DNA of 64,000 bases from Anaerolineales bacterium (lineage in GTDB: Bacteria; Chloroflexota; Anaerolineae; Anaerolineales; UBA4823). The notes under the pieces were generated by a model that was given only the letters and a program-made list of their open reading frames with translations, ran no database searches and had not been told where the DNA came from. Location of the stretch: the NCBI GenBank assembly GCA_020060465.1, contig JAGVAD010000016.1, forward strand, positions 29,240-93,239, in the 5' to 3' direction. Below, piece after piece: positions 63,300 to 64,000 of the stretch (the stretch's first letter is position 1; every line of letters begins with the position of its first letter). The position numbers were made by a program, and so were the translations under genes.

Positions 63300-64000
63300 A
63301 TTTGTTCCCAGAGCTGTTTCAAGATGAGGGCGTCATCTTCCATGACTGGGCTTTCGCACAAGATGCGCCCCCGCGCCTGGAATGCGCTCAGGGCGCGAAA
63401 AAGAGCACGGAAGTCCAGATCGGCTTCCTCGACCCGCAAATGTTCTTTTTCCCCTTTGGGGCCATAGGCAATGCCAGAAAGATGAACGTGCAAATCCTGT
63501 AATGCATCGGCGCCCAGCGCTTCCCCGTAGCTCTCCAACAGGCGCGCCCATTCCTCATAGGTGTTCATCGAGCCATCGCCAGCGCGGGCGTGCAAATGAG
63601 CAAAATCCAGGCAGGGCTTTACCTGTGGCGACGATTGACTCATCCGCAAAACATCCTCCAAAGACCCCAGCATGGCGGACTTGCCCATCGTCTCCGGGCG
63701 CAGACACACCGGGTTCCCAGCGGCGCTCAGCTCTTCAACACAACCGACCAGGCGCTCAATCGCTTTGGGCAAAACCGCTTCGGGCGGTTGCCCAAAATAA
63801 GAACCCGGGTGAAAAATAATATCCGTAGCGCCGGCCAAATTGCCAAAATACGCTGCATCCATCAAGCGCTTGCGCGATTTTGGCCATTCATCTTCATCGG
63901 CGTTGAGGTTAATAAAATAAGGCGCGTGCACGCTGAGGCTCACTTGGAAGTGTTCGCTGGTAGCGCGTATATCGGCGCAGGTCTGTTCAGAGACGCGCAC
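63287..64000 (-). CDS. nfo: Endonuclease IV-like AP endonuclease (TIM barrel), N-terminus beyond window end
   Basis: SVHAPYFINLNA, IFHPGSY, CLDFAHLHARA and LHVHLSGI are metal-ligand blocks typical of Nfo. The ORF is open at 64000. It overlaps the UDG start by 13 nt. Confidence 0.75.
   Translation of the reverse strand: MRVSEQTCADIRATSEHFQVSLSVHAPYFINLNADEDEWPKSRKRLMDAAYFGNLAGATDIIFHPGSYFGQPPEAVLPKAIERLVGCVEELSAAGNPVCLRPETMGKSAMLGSLEDVLRMSQSSPQVKPCLDFAHLHARAGDGSMNTYEEWARLLESYGEALGADALQDLHVHLSGIAYGPKGEKEHLRVEEADLDFRALFRALSAFQARGRILCESPVMEDDALILKQLWEQICQE

Overview
The 64-kb window is densely coded, with about 63 protein-coding genes, high GC, short intergenic gaps and many 1-20 nt gene overlaps. 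It reads as ordinary core chromosome. Several traits point to a Chloroflexota-like (Anaerolineae/Caldilineae-type) bacterium, but this is inference only: a T-box leader on pheST, Pro/Thr-rich linkers in surface proteins, a DUF11-repeat giant protein, a fused transaldolase-PGI and lipoprotein solute-binding proteins.

Content, in order:
- comEC
- an OmpR/HK two-component pair
- an SDR / enoyl-CoA hydratase / AAC(3)-like / pentapeptide-repeat operon
- M23 peptidase, rhomboid, gmk, tmk
- a tight pdxS-pdxT-hyp-ycf45-like-tmk operon
- a secreted reprolysin-like protease, tal-pgi, DUF1848
- a GntR+CPBP pair
- a 1099-aa DUF11 protein
- NTase-like protein + deoxynucleoside kinase
- alkA-like glycosylase, ssb, pepF, ychF
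- T-box-pheST
- crotonase + paaABCD + EthD
- EamA transporter, alr, livJHMGF
- a CUT1-type sugar ABC transporter, yjbQ
- methylmalonyl-CoA mutase/epimerase, plsC, a parvulin PPIase
- a UDG-endonuclease IV pair, truncated at the window end

I found no rRNA, tRNA, CRISPR array, transposase, integrase or prophage genes, and no convincing new multi-gene system.

The best leads are small-scale:
- An identical extreme C-terminal tail (N-x-F-L-P-V-[IV]-x-R) on two unrelated secreted proteins.
- A radical-SAM-type CX3CX2C motif at the C-terminus of the DUF1848 protein.
- A tandemly duplicated PaaB in a paa cluster that lacks paaE.
- An SDR that has lost its catalytic Ser and Tyr.
- A repeated hairpin element flanking the epimerase gene.
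- A one-repeat WD40 gene relic.

All family calls come from motif recognition by eye; no database search was run. Start codons are often ambiguous.
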